From: a phage
NCBI GenBank assembly: GCA_018175075.1
Contig: GCA_018175075.1_4100.1
Reading direction: 5' to 3' (one strand)
DNA: 64,000 bases
Position numbers and translations under genes: made by a program. The first letter of the stretch is position 1; the number at the start of each line of letters is the position of its first letter. Shown here one piece after another: positions 30,038 to 39,823 of this stretch. Under the pieces are notes generated by a model, which was not told where the DNA came from, did not search any database, and saw only the letters and a list, made by a program, of their open reading frames with translations.

Positions 30038-31228
30038 TTACAATTGTCTAGGTGTATCCAGTACATATCTATTTGTACGAGGACCACCATCATCATGCGT
30101 TCCGGTTGAATATATATTTTTCATATCAGCAGTTAGGAAAGTACGATACGAACCGCGATATATTTTAATTTTATCATACATAGAATATGTTATTCCTGAC
30201 GGCAATGGACATGCAGTAAATTTACCAATGGTAACATTAGAACCAACACCTAATGTACCAGCATAACCACTCGCATTTAAACCAGTTGCATATACACCTG
30301 TACTCGTAACTAGTATACTAGATTGTGATGCATATCCAGTATGGATTGAATAATAAGTTCCTGATGGTAATGTAGTACTATTATTCCCTAATACTGCTAG
30401 TGCTGTACTATTCGTAGTGTTATTACCCCATGCCCCATTATTAGCTAATCCACCAACTAGAAACTGACGTGCTCCTGTATTTGGATTCTCCACTAAAGCA
30501 CTGACAGCACCAAATGAACAAACAGTATATTGTAATGTTTTTGTATATGTGGTACTTGGCTTATACAAAGTATATTCATTAAATGGTGTCCATGTGGTAC
30601 TAGTACTTATGCCAGATGTACTACCACCAATATATAAATTATTTTGTGTATCAAAAAACATTGCACAGTAATTTGTTGACTGTATTTGTGCAATATCTAC
30701 ATCTGGTGTTACCGCTTTAACAAATGAACCATCTGATATTTGATAAGTAGTTCCTGTACCATCTGCGAATTGTCTAGCACTATTCCACCCTGTACTCCAT
30801 ATTGTATTATTATCCATTAAGAAAGTAAACCACGTAGTACCTGCATACATCTGTTTAATTGAAGTACTTGAACTTTGTGTGTACAAATTTTCAATATATT
30901 GGTTATAACTTAAAAATGATGTAGTACTAGTTTCTAAACCAATATGACTACCATATCCACAATAAAAATAATTTAAGTCATTATCTTGTACTAACAAAGT
31001 TCCTTGTGTCATCCAGCAATCTTTGACATTTTCTCTAATTAATGTCCACGACCTTACTGCATTATTATTTCCTCTACCAAACTTCCCATAACTATTACTG
31101 CCTCGTGCGTATAGTTGACCGTCGGTATAAAGTACAACAACCTCAGTATCAGTTGGTATTATTTTCTTAATTTGTAGTGGTACAGGCACAATATTCCCAT
31201 AATTCATCATTCTTGCAAAAGGTAACAT
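30038..31228 (-). CDS. RCC1-like beta-propeller repeat protein G8
   Basis: 396 aa, MLPFARMMNYGNIVP. Confidence 0.75.
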   Translation of the reverse strand: MLPFARMMNYGNIVPVPLQIKKIIPTDTEVVVLYTDGQLYARGSNSYGKFGRGNNNAVRSWTLIRENVKDCWMTQGTLLVQDNDLNYFYCGYGSHIGLETSTTSFLSYNQYIENLYTQSSSTSIKQMYAGTTWFTFLMDNNTIWSTGWNSARQFADGTGTTYQISDGSFVKAVTPDVDIAQIQSTNYCAMFFDTQNNLYIGGSTSGISTSTTWTPFNEYTLYKPSTTYTKTLQYTVCSFGAVSALVENPNTGARQFLVGGLANNGAWGNNTTNSTALAVLGNNSTTLPSGTYYSIHTGYASQSSILVTSTGVYATGLNASGYAGTLGVGSNVTIGKFTACPLPSGITYSMYDKIKIYRGSYRTFLTADMKNIYSTGTHDDGGPRTNRYVLDTPRQL

Positions 31229-31299
31229 AATTCCCCTCCTTATTCATTATACTATATTTAATACAAATAAGAAAGCCAGTATCAAGTACTGGCCTATAT
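31229..31299 (-). promoter_or_regulatory. array cassette: terminator hairpin, -10, SD
   Basis: hairpin 31275-31293. Confidence 0.5.
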
Positions 31300-32469
31300 T
31301 TAAACTGGCGAATCTAATATAAATTCTAAACTACTAATGCCACCATATGTGACATCTGTTCCCGTGCTATATACAAAATTACCATCAGTTATATAAGTTC
31401 GGTTATAACTACCTGCCATCTGTGACTTACTATAATCAAACCCATCAGGTACGATTGCTTTGGTATATACTAATGCATTAGTAGATGTACCAATACCTAA
31501 CATACCAGCTTGTGTAGATTGATTGTAGCCGCAACAATATATACCATCTGTTGTAGCAATAACTTGGTTATAATATGAAGTATTGTTAGCAATGCTTACT
31601 ACATCACCAGGTGGCATTAGTGATGCTGTTTGTACCTCAAATGCTCTATAATCTTTGAGAGAACCATCTTTCCCATCTGCTTGTGCACCAAATATTCTTG
31701 AACCACCATTTGCGATGATAGTTTTACCAGTGGGATCAGTGCCTATTGCCATTGCCATTGAAGTACCATTATTCACATAGTACTTTATATTAATTGTATT
31801 ACTTAAGCTGGTAGGAGCACCATAATATATATTATATAACTTACTTCCTGAACTTGTAACTGCATTGACTCTTCCTGTATAAAATAACCATCCTTGGTTT
31901 GTAACATAACCGTGCATTAAATTACTTGCAAACAATTTAACAGGTAATTGATTTGCTGCGGTAGGAACAGTACTTTTGACGAATCTACCAGAAACATGGT
32001 TAATTGTTGTCCCATCACCCAACTGACCATCCGACCCTACTCCAGTACTCCATATTGTTTGGTCTGATAGTAACACACTTGTAGTCTGATAACTAACGGC
32101 TATATCTAATATTGGTAATGTTAATGTATTGAATATAGGCATAGCAGATGTCCATATTGATACTCCTGACCCTTTCATACCAACAGTTGTTGAACTTCCA
32201 CTGTACCATATTTCATTATTGCTTTTCTTAACAACTATCGACGTGGCACCCATCCAAAAATCTTCAACACCAGAAGTACTAAAAGTCCATGTAGTAACAG
32301 TATTTTTGTGACCTAAACCCAAAATACCATATGCATTATCACCACGCACATATAAATCACCACTGTTTGTTAAAACAGCAACATTATAGTTGTTAGCAAG
32401 TATTTTTTTAATATTTGGTTTATCAGGTGCAATATTCCCGTACTTAAACATCCTCGCAAAAGGTAACAT
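31300..32469 (-). CDS. RCC1-like beta-propeller repeat protein G9
   Basis: 389 aa, MLPFARMFKYGNIAPD; motifs GQLGDG, GMLGIG. Confidence 0.75.
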   Translation of the reverse strand: MLPFARMFKYGNIAPDKPNIKKILANNYNVAVLTNSGDLYVRGDNAYGILGLGHKNTVTTWTFSTSGVEDFWMGATSIVVKKSNNEIWYSGSSTTVGMKGSGVSIWTSAMPIFNTLTLPILDIAVSYQTTSVLLSDQTIWSTGVGSDGQLGDGTTINHVSGRFVKSTVPTAANQLPVKLFASNLMHGYVTNQGWLFYTGRVNAVTSSGSKLYNIYYGAPTSLSNTINIKYYVNNGTSMAMAIGTDPTGKTIIANGGSRIFGAQADGKDGSLKDYRAFEVQTASLMPPGDVVSIANNTSYYNQVIATTDGIYCCGYNQSTQAGMLGIGTSTNALVYTKAIVPDGFDYSKSQMAGSYNRTYITDGNFVYSTGTDVTYGGISSLEFILDSPV

Positions 32470-32538
32470 ATTTCCTCCTTATTCATTATACTATATTTAA
32501 TACAAATAAGAATGCCAGTATCAAGTACTGGCATTATG
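32470..32538 (-). promoter_or_regulatory. array cassette: terminator hairpin, -10, SD
   Basis: hairpin 32514-32532. Confidence 0.5.
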
Positions 32539-33648
32539 TTATTTTGGTAAATCAATTTTAGTAAAGACTGCAACATCTGCACTTGCACCTGGAATGGCGT
32601 AATACGATCCAGTACTATATACATTCCCGTCTTTGGTTAATAATGATGTTAATCCGTCACTAAAAGCAACATCACTAATCTCACTAACTTCTACAGGTAA
32701 TTGTAAATTAGCAGCACTATAGATAGCACCCGTTTGAGAATTGTTTAATCCCAAACCACGGTTTCCCCCAATACCTTTCTGATATGCACTAGTTAATATA
32801 ATTTGCGTAGCCGTGCTTGTTGCCTCTGAATTTGTCATAAACAAAGGTGAATTATTAGGTAAAGTACTTACAGGAACTGCTTTGAATGTAGTTGAATCTG
32901 AACTAAGAAAGTTTGGAGTTGTACCACATGTGAAATATGATGTACCATTATAGTAATTGAGTGTATGTCCACCAATAGCTGCATCTATTACACCAGAACT
33001 ACGCAGTCCCCAAATGTTAACTTGTGTTCTGTTCCCTGTGCCATGTAATCCACGGTCATTCCACCCTGAACTATATAACTTATTATCTATGCTAATATAC
33101 ATACTATCATTAGGAGTAGACATAACTTTACGCACATTAGAAGCACATAGTGTTAATGTATATATTGATGAAGAACCAATCCCCAATACACCACGGTATC
33201 CATTAGCCCCAGCACCATAGAGTACTGAACTTGAACTTAGTACAAATATTACACCACTATTGCATACAATATTAGCAATTTGATTCACTGGTATTGTATT
33301 TGTAAACCACTCGGTTCTATCAACTAATGTAGTACTGTAAGAAGTAGTTGTAGAAGATGTGAACCAGTACGTTTGACCTGATGTCCATATCGTATTATCA
33401 TTTTTAATAATAACAAGTGTTCGTCCTCCAGTGAAAAAATTAGAAACATCTGCACTTACTAATATCCATGAAGATACCGTGTTGGTATTACCATTTCCAG
33501 ATTCACCACCTTGATTTCTGCCTATGTAATACAATTCATGTGAATCAGTCAATACGAATTGACCTTGAGTAGAAGCACCAACTTTAATTATATTTTTAGG
33601 ACCAGAGGTAATATTCCCATAATCAAATAGTCTTACAAAAGGTAACAT
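32539..33648 (-). CDS. RCC1-like beta-propeller repeat protein G10
   Basis: MLPFVRLFDYGNI; RBS only, no cassette (co-transcribed with G11). Confidence 0.7.
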   Translation of the reverse strand: MLPFVRLFDYGNITSGPKNIIKVGASTQGQFVLTDSHELYYIGRNQGGESGNGNTNTVSSWILVSADVSNFFTGGRTLVIIKNDNTIWTSGQTYWFTSSTTTSYSTTLVDRTEWFTNTIPVNQIANIVCNSGVIFVLSSSSVLYGAGANGYRGVLGIGSSSIYTLTLCASNVRKVMSTPNDSMYISIDNKLYSSGWNDRGLHGTGNRTQVNIWGLRSSGVIDAAIGGHTLNYYNGTSYFTCGTTPNFLSSDSTTFKAVPVSTLPNNSPLFMTNSEATSTATQIILTSAYQKGIGGNRGLGLNNSQTGAIYSAANLQLPVEVSEISDVAFSDGLTSLLTKDGNVYSTGSYYAIPGASADVAVFTKIDLPK

Positions 33649-33656
33649 ATTCCCTC

Positions 33657-34859
33657 CTATTGTTGCCATAACTGCGTTGGCATTAATGTTAGTGTAGTAA
33701 TACTATAAGTGCCATCAGGCAATCTACCACCATTACCATTCCAGCCACCACATGCATATAATTTATAATCTTTAGTAATTATTATGGTTCTGCTCCAATC
33801 TTTAGATGCCATAAGAACATTGTCATAACCACCACTTATTGCACTAAGATTAAAAATAGCCCAAGTCTTAACTAATGTATTAGTTCCATTACCTTCTTGA
33901 CCATATGAGTTAGGACCACTACTTCTAACATATGGTGCGTATTGTGCCATAGGTGAACCAATTGATGCATTTCCCATATTACTTGGACAAATAAAATTAC
34001 TGTACTTACTTACATCAACCGTGACCGATGTATTCCTAATTGGTGTTAGCTGATTTACTGATGTAGTCGTACCATTACCAGCTTGTCCAGTATTGTTAGA
34101 CCCACTATAATATACAGGCCCACCAGTAGTAAACCACCAAGTAACATTGTATGTAGTACTAATATGTTCTACATTACTAATCACGAATTTGTTCAAATAT
34201 ACAACAGAACTACCACCACATCCACTTTCACCAAAGTTATCCTTACCACAAAACCATGCATCTTTATTTGATTTAATATAGTGCGTTCCTTGTAATGAAC
34301 ATGCCATATCTATAACTTCACCCATATTAGTCATAACTGTTAGTGTAGGGATTGAATTTTGATTACCCGACCCACATTCACCATTAGTATTTTTTCCACA
34401 CGCAATTACTCTACCATCTGTTAATAATATTCTAGTACTTTCACCTATATATACACTCTTGATCATATTAGCCATTACGCCAATTTTATTAAATGAAGCA
34501 GTAACATCAGTCCATGTTCTCAAATAACCACTAACAGGTGTTGCATCTCCATAATCAGAAAATGCACCCACCGACCCAGTGTAGTATATTTTATTATCCA
34601 AATCAACCATCAATGAACCATGAACACCCAGCCAATAGGCTGCACAGTTACGTGCAAGTACAGTAAATGACGGAACTGCTGCTGAATTCCCAAGACCAAA
34701 TTGAGACATGTTATTACTACCATAACCATATAAAGTATTAGTTGGGCTATGTAGATACATACAGTTTGTATAATGTTGTTGTAAAACATCTGAGAACTCT
34801 ATAGGTTCTGGCCCTGGTGCAATATTACCGTACTTAACCATTCTAGCAAAAGGTAACAT
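33657..34859 (-). CDS. RCC1-like beta-propeller repeat protein G11
   Basis: 400 aa, MLPFARMVKYGNIAPGPEP. Confidence 0.75.
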   Translation of the reverse strand: MLPFARMVKYGNIAPGPEPIEFSDVLQQHYTNCMYLHSPTNTLYGYGSNNMSQFGLGNSAAVPSFTVLARNCAAYWLGVHGSLMVDLDNKIYYTGSVGAFSDYGDATPVSGYLRTWTDVTASFNKIGVMANMIKSVYIGESTRILLTDGRVIACGKNTNGECGSGNQNSIPTLTVMTNMGEVIDMACSLQGTHYIKSNKDAWFCGKDNFGESGCGGSSVVYLNKFVISNVEHISTTYNVTWWFTTGGPVYYSGSNNTGQAGNGTTTSVNQLTPIRNTSVTVDVSKYSNFICPSNMGNASIGSPMAQYAPYVRSSGPNSYGQEGNGTNTLVKTWAIFNLSAISGGYDNVLMASKDWSRTIIITKDYKLYACGGWNGNGGRLPDGTYSITTLTLMPTQLWQQ

Positions 34860-34931
34860 ATTTCCCTCCTTTATTCATTATATTATATTTAATCAAAAAT
34901 AAAAGCCAGTACTTGAGTACTGGCATATCAA
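34860..34931 (-). promoter_or_regulatory. array cassette: terminator hairpin, -10, SD
   Basis: hairpin 34905-34924. Confidence 0.5.
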
Positions 34932-36098
34932 TTACGAAAAACGTGGATCATCAAGAACAAACACGGTACTACTTGGACCACCTTGTGTGGTGACAGCACT
35001 AGTACTGTAAAGAAAGTTACCATCTGTCATATAAGTTCTACGATTCGTACAAATAACTCTTACTTTATTCATATCGATATCAGGATTAGGTAATGGACAT
35101 GAAGTATACACTGATACATCAGTACTTGTTCCTATTCCCAGCGTACCTTCATTTGTGGTTGAACCGCTATTCAACCCACTAGCATATATACCACTGCTTG
35201 TAATAACAAAAGTGGCGTAGAATGGAGAACCTTCACCTATATTTAATTTAGTTCCAGGTGGTTGTCTTGCCGCAGCAACCGCACCATATGCTTTCCCACC
35301 AGATGTGGCAAGATTACCAAGAGCACCATACTGTTGTTGTCCACCATTATACACTGTGTTAGTGCCATCACTGTTAGTGTGGATACCAATAGAATTATAG
35401 TTACTGTTGCTATATACTAAAGCGGCATTAGAAGTAACTGTATTTCGTGTATATACTTTATATTGTTGGGTAAAATTACCACTAGTGGACGTACCCTGTA
35501 CAGTTCCAGTGTAGTATATATATCCGTCTGTACCAATGAATGAGTGCATAACACTACCTGCAAAAATTTTTTCTGGAGTAACACCTGACGGTATTGTTGA
35601 TTGTACAAATCTACCCACTACATTTGTTGTTGTATTATTTCCCAATTGACCGGAGTCACCATAACCACTTGACCATATGGTATTGTTCTCAAGAAGAACA
35701 CTAATTGATAATCTTGATAAAGCTATTTCTTTAACATCACTTTCTAATGTATCAAAAAATGAAGTACAATTTGTCCAAGTGTTCACTACGCTAGAACTAA
35801 CACCAATTTGTTTATTATCACCAGAACTATAATAATTCCCATCATATGTTTGTATAAGTATAACAGAACCACCAACCCATACTTTATCAACTGAACCAAA
35901 CGTTCTTGTCCATGTGGTAACTATATCCCCGCTATTATTACCCAATCCAAAGCAACCACTACTATCTACGCCTCGTACATATAAATCTCCTGAAGTCATC
36001 AGAACTGCACAGAATGATTGTGCACCTTTAACATCTTTAATTGGCTCTGGTTCAGGTGCAACATTTCCATAATCAAACATTCTAACAAAAGGTAACAT
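34932..36098 (-). CDS. RCC1-like beta-propeller repeat protein G12 (first gene of array)
   Basis: MLPFVRMFDYGNVAPEPEP; motif GQLGNN. Confidence 0.75.
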   Translation of the reverse strand: MLPFVRMFDYGNVAPEPEPIKDVKGAQSFCAVLMTSGDLYVRGVDSSGCFGLGNNSGDIVTTWTRTFGSVDKVWVGGSVILIQTYDGNYYSSGDNKQIGVSSSVVNTWTNCTSFFDTLESDVKEIALSRLSISVLLENNTIWSSGYGDSGQLGNNTTTNVVGRFVQSTIPSGVTPEKIFAGSVMHSFIGTDGYIYYTGTVQGTSTSGNFTQQYKVYTRNTVTSNAALVYSNSNYNSIGIHTNSDGTNTVYNGGQQQYGALGNLATSGGKAYGAVAAARQPPGTKLNIGEGSPFYATFVITSSGIYASGLNSGSTTNEGTLGIGTSTDVSVYTSCPLPNPDIDMNKVRVICTNRRTYMTDGNFLYSTSAVTTQGGPSSTVFVLDDPRFS

Positions 36099-36200
36099 AT
36101 TTCCTCCTTTATTCATTATATCATATTTACCCCATAAACAAAACCCTTGACAACCTTCCAGTACTGGTGTACTATAGAAGGAATATAAGGAGAACTACAC
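36099..36200. promoter_or_regulatory. divergent promoter region
   Basis: minus side TATAAT + AAAGGAGG for G12; plus side TTGACA 36147-36152 /17/ TACTAT 36170-36175 ahead of family S. Confidence 0.45.
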
Positions 36201-36428
36201 ATGACAAATACTCTTAAGTACTACATTAATACTCTAAATGAACTAGAGTACGCGAAGTTTCTCGCGGATAGTTCGTGGCTAATTGAGCTAAAAAATTATA
36301 ATAGTCCAGGATGCACCCTTATGATGAACAATGCAATTGATACCCTCATTGTGAGTATTTTACACAGCAACATCTGCGGGGATAGAAACAAACAATTATC
36401 AAAAATCTTAGTACTGCTATCTATATGA
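36201..36428 (+). CDS. small protein, tandem family S (S1)
   Basis: 75 aa, AAGGAG RBS. Confidence 0.5.
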   Translation: MTNTLKYYINTLNELEYAKFLADSSWLIELKNYNSPGCTLMMNNAIDTLIVSILHSNICGDRNKQLSKILVLLSI

Positions 36429-36628
36429 ATATCGAACAGTACTACATCGATGCACTACCAACAAAAGGTCTACGTGAAAGCCTACTGCATACACAAACTA
36501 ATTTCAAACACCTCAAACGTAGCCCTAAACTCCTGAACTCGTACAGGAATAATAACATAAGAAATGCTTTACAAGGGGTAGAATGTATGCAATACTATTA
36601 CATCCTTACCCTATTAATCGAGTACTAA
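36425..36628 (+). CDS. small protein, family S (S2)
   Basis: 67 aa; ATGA overlap. Confidence 0.5.
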   Translation: MNIEQYYIDALPTKGLRESLLHTQTNFKHLKRSPKLLNSYRNNNIRNALQGVECMQYYYILTLLIEY

Positions 36629-36629
36629 T

Positions 36630-36839
36630 ATGAATACTGAACATAAAGAATTCTACACCAAATACCTTAGCAACGAAGAACAATTGTTTCTAAGGAGTGT
36701 ATCACCTGTAAGTACCAATACTCAATTCGGTAGAGATTGCTTTAATAATTGTATACGTAGTACTCTAGAAGCAATCGAATGCAATAACAAAAATATTATG
36801 TACTCAGGTTTAATAGGACTAATATATTTCTATGAATAA
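36630..36839 (+). CDS. small protein, family S (S3)
   Basis: 69 aa; clear paralog of S18. Confidence 0.55.
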   Translation: MNTEHKEFYTKYLSNEEQLFLRSVSPVSTNTQFGRDCFNNCIRSTLEAIECNNKNIMYSGLIGLIYFYE

Positions 36840-37026
36840 TCATAAAGATTTCTATTGTAGTAAACTACCCAAACAAGAACAGCTATCATTCTCTTTAGCA
36901 CCACCTATGAGAAAGGATAATCTGTATTATAATTACGATTTCAGGATGGTGACACGTTATGCAATAGAACATCAGTTCCCTGAAACTAAGTACCGCTCTA
37001 TCCTGAACCTCATCTTTAAGTTCTAA
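36832..37026 (+). CDS. small protein, family S (S4)
   Basis: 64 aa; MNNHKDFY. Confidence 0.5.
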   Translation: MNNHKDFYCSKLPKQEQLSFSLAPPMRKDNLYYNYDFRMVTRYAIEHQFPETKYRSILNLIFKF

Positions 37027-37078
37027 AAGGTACACCAGGGACCGAGTACTTTAATATAGTAAGGCTAATTACATTATA

Positions 37079-37264
37079 ATGAATCATATAAGCTACTACT
37101 ACCAACAACTATCCGACAGAGACAAGTACAGTCACAACTCCCATGTGTGGTACTACAAACGCGGCAGTATAAGAGACAAACAACATTACTTCTGTATTTC
37201 TATTAAAGAAGCACTGACAACTAAGTACACGTACCGAGCAGTACTTAAACTTATTGAAATGTAA
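37079..37264 (+). CDS. small protein, family S (S5)
   Basis: 61 aa; C-terminal VLKLIEM. Confidence 0.5.
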   Translation: MNHISYYYQQLSDRDKYSHNSHVWYYKRGSIRDKQHYFCISIKEALTTKYTYRAVLKLIEM

Positions 37265-37274
37265 AGAGAATACT

Positions 37275-37457
37275 ATGAACATTGAATTGTACTTAAGTAA
37301 ATTACAGCCTGGCGATAGATTCATCTACAATAAGTTCGAATTCAACTACAAGAACGGGAGCAACAAATATCGTCGAGGATACCTATATACAAGCACAAGA
37401 GATGCACAAAACGAAAAGTACACATACAGAGAAGTACTTAAACTAATCTCTATTTGA
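37275..37457 (+). CDS. small protein, family S (S6)
   Basis: ATG 37275; C-terminal VLKLISI. Confidence 0.5.
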   Translation: MNIELYLSKLQPGDRFIYNKFEFNYKNGSNKYRRGYLYTSTRDAQNEKYTYREVLKLISI

Positions 37458-37465
37458 GGTAATAT

Positions 37466-37651
37466 ATGAATACATTTGAGTACTATACCAATAAACTATC
37501 TATGCCTGAAAGATCTCATCTCTATGTGTGGAGAAATGCGTATAAAAGCGGCAATAAACTTATACAAAGAAATTCCCTTACAGTGTGTACAAATTTAATT
37601 AAAGCAGAGTACCGCACATATATTGAAGTACTGAAACTAATCTCTATCTAA
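37466..37651 (+). CDS. small protein, family S (S7)
   Basis: 61 aa; VLKLISI. Confidence 0.5.
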   Translation: MNTFEYYTNKLSMPERSHLYVWRNAYKSGNKLIQRNSLTVCTNLIKAEYRTYIEVLKLISI

Positions 37652-37659
37652 GGTACTCT

Positions 37660-37839
37660 ATGCAAGAATTCTATATCTATAAACTTCAGCACAAAGATAG
37701 ATACAACTATAATAAATTCCAAAGGTACTACACAGTCGGGAACAAAAGAGATAAAAAACGATACTTTCTATCATGTACAGTAGAAGCACAAAACGAAAAG
37801 TACACGTACAGAGAAGTACTGAAACTCATCTCTATGTAA
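37660..37839 (+). CDS. small protein, family S (S8)
   Basis: 59-aa ORF below track cutoff; MQEFYIYKL..VLKLISM. Confidence 0.45.
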   Translation: MQEFYIYKLQHKDRYNYNKFQRYYTVGNKRDKKRYFLSCTVEAQNEKYTYREVLKLISM

Positions 37840-37847
37840 GGAATAAT

Positions 37848-38027
37848 ATGCAAGAATACTATATAGAACACATAAGCATTAAAGACCGTTTCATGTACGA
37901 CACCTTCGTGAAGTACTACAACCTGGCAACTAACAGTACTAAAAATATTAATCTCAATAGCTGCATTCATCACGCACTAACAAAAGATAATCCCTTCAGG
38001 GAAATCCTCGCACTAGCATCTGTATAA
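37848..38027 (+). CDS. small protein, family S (S9)
   Basis: ATG 37848 (MQEYYIEHIS); track start upstream overlaps S8. Confidence 0.5.
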   Translation: MQEYYIEHISIKDRFMYDTFVKYYNLATNSTKNINLNSCIHHALTKDNPFREILALASV

Positions 38028-38037
38028 AGGAAACCAA

Positions 38038-38697
38038 ATGAAACTTAATGCACACAGCAAACAATACCTTAAGCACTTTAAGTACCTCAACAGTATTCAA
38101 GCAGAATCTTTTACACCAGCATATACGTATCACCCAAATGTACTAAAGAAACGAAATAAAAAGAAAAAATCCAGAAATGTTCTCGTATCTAAGAACCTCA
38201 AATCGTACTTGAAGAAAAATAATATAGCTCTTGCTTTTATTAATATCTATAATACTGATTTAAAAGTATTGAGTACTAATACCAGCACAAAAGCACTAAA
38301 GAATGCATCTATCTATATACACATGGATAATATCCCGTGCACTATAATTCTATCTTTCGGGAATGTATACTTCTTCGGGAATTGTAATAGCACCCATGAT
38401 ATCAGTACTGCACAATTCCAAATCGGCGATATGTACTGCATGGGTTCAGAAAAAATACACGATAACATGCACTTCTTCCAAAAGCAACGTACTAACGAAA
38501 CTGATACAGTACTGCAATTCCTCAAAGAACTAGAACACAAAGAATTATCCGAGGAAGAAGAATTCATGTACAGTACTGTAATCGATAATCCAGAACTCTA
38601 TAAAAACGCGTACAAACTAACAAAACATGTACAGGAACTTATCAGTACTGATAAGAAATTTCATCACCTCATTACGTATATTTCAAACTATGTATAA
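38038..38697 (+). CDS. hypothetical protein inside family S array
   Basis: 219 aa, AAGGA RBS; Lys-rich N-terminal part. Confidence 0.55.
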   Translation: MKLNAHSKQYLKHFKYLNSIQAESFTPAYTYHPNVLKKRNKKKKSRNVLVSKNLKSYLKKNNIALAFINIYNTDLKVLSTNTSTKALKNASIYIHMDNIPCTIILSFGNVYFFGNCNSTHDISTAQFQIGDMYCMGSEKIHDNMHFFQKQRTNETDTVLQFLKELEHKELSEEEEFMYSTVIDNPELYKNAYKLTKHVQELISTDKKFHHLITYISNYV

Positions 38698-38872
38698 AGA
38701 ATACTACAAAGATAAAATCCCAATGCATCTACAACACCATATACCAAACGTTGCATTGGGTATCAAAGATCACGCAAAGATAATGTTCCAACAATGTACT
38801 AAGTACACGCTCATATACGATGATAATCCATATATGCTGTACTACGTAGTAATGCTAACATTCAGGTACTAA
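38690..38872 (+). CDS. small protein, family S (S11)
   Basis: MYKEYYKDKIPMHLQ; C-terminal LTFRY. Confidence 0.5.
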   Translation: MYKEYYKDKIPMHLQHHIPNVALGIKDHAKIMFQQCTKYTLIYDDNPYMLYYVVMLTFRY

Positions 38873-38873
38873 T

Positions 38874-39053
38874 ATGAATACTTATAAAGAATTCTACCTC
38901 TCGTACCTTAATTCCGATATAGTAACATCCAATACATTCAGTACTAAAATTATCTATAATGAATTAATGAAAGAATGTATTAAAGGTGCTATTAACCCTA
39001 AAGATACGTATGACTTGTACTATGCAGTACTAACCCTTGTTTTCACGAAATAA
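38874..39053 (+). CDS. small protein, family S (S12)
   Basis: 59-aa ORF below track cutoff; MNTYKEFYLSYL. Confidence 0.45.
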   Translation: MNTYKEFYLSYLNSDIVTSNTFSTKIIYNELMKECIKGAINPKDTYDLYYAVLTLVFTK

Positions 39054-39061
39054 CACATAAT

Positions 39062-39253
39062 ATGAATAACCACAAAGAATACTACATAGAGAAACTCCCA
39101 ATGTATCTCCAACACCTTGTACCAACAGAACCATTGGGTATAGAAAAAAACTACGAAAAAGACTACTTCATTCAGTGCACTAAATCCTCGATATATATTG
39201 AAGACTATAATCGAGTACTGTATCACATCCTTTTACTAATATATAGGTACTAA
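39062..39253 (+). CDS. small protein, family S (S13)
   Basis: MNNHKEYYIEKLPMYLQ..LLIYRY. Confidence 0.5.
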   Translation: MNNHKEYYIEKLPMYLQHLVPTEPLGIEKNYEKDYFIQCTKSSIYIEDYNRVLYHILLLIYRY

Positions 39254-39254
39254 T

Positions 39255-39437
39255 ATGCACAAAGAATACTACACACAATTTCTCCCCAGCATTTTTGAAC
39301 ACTACGCCAGATACAAAGTCCCTATGGATAACGATTTGGCAGTACTGGGATTCAATAACTGCATAGAACGAAGTATAGAAAATAGTAGTAGTTATGACCA
39401 GCTATATAACACTATCCTACTTATATTCAGGTACTAA
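39255..39437 (+). CDS. small protein, family S (S14)
   Basis: MHKEYYTQFLP..LLIFRY. Confidence 0.5.
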   Translation: MHKEYYTQFLPSIFEHYARYKVPMDNDLAVLGFNNCIERSIENSSSYDQLYNTILLIFRY

Positions 39438-39438
39438 T

Positions 39439-39627
39439 ATGCATAAAGAATACTACACAAAATATTTCCCAATGTACCTCAGTACTAATCTATTAGATAA
39501 ACCTCGCGGTATCAATGCACAAAACGATAAAGTGTATTTTACTATGTGTACTAAAGCATGTATACTAGATTTTGACAGCTACCATCGAGTACTGTATCAT
39601 ACCCTGTACCTAGCTTTCGTATTCTAA
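39439..39627 (+). CDS. small protein, family S (S15)
   Basis: ATG 39439 (MHKEYYTKYFPMYL) right after S14 stop. Confidence 0.5.
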   Translation: MHKEYYTKYFPMYLSTNLLDKPRGINAQNDKVYFTMCTKACILDFDSYHRVLYHTLYLAFVF

Positions 39628-39636
39628 AAGAACAAT

Positions 39637-39822
39637 ATGCATAAAGAATTCTACTTAAGCCATCTCGATCTAAACTCCCAAATGCTTATACCACTAATCC
39701 CAATAGATATCAAGGATAAGAAAAATACCGAACAATTCATTTACCATACACAGTGTGCGATCACCCCAAATTACATTCCATATGAATTGTACTACATTAT
39801 CGCCCTAATATATAGGTACTAA
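39637..39822 (+). CDS. small protein, family S (S16)
   Basis: MHKEFYLSHL..LIYRY. Confidence 0.5.
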   Translation: MHKEFYLSHLDLNSQMLIPLIPIDIKDKKNTEQFIYHTQCAITPNYIPYELYYIIALIYRY

Positions 39823-39823
39823 T

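Noticed and set aside
25095-34271. Plus-strand ORFs inside the minus-strand array (e.g. 25095-25397, 29268-29640, 32957-33220)
   Set aside because: They are opposite-strand shadows of Gly/Ser/Thr-rich coding sequence, with no promoter or RBS.
24425-36116. N-terminal extensions MNKGGIMLPF.., MIKYSIMNKGG.., MATIGGNMLPF.. on array genes
   Set aside because: The extension is translation of the cassette -10/SD sequence (TATAATGAATAAAGGAGG). The conserved start is the MLPF methionine just after the SD.
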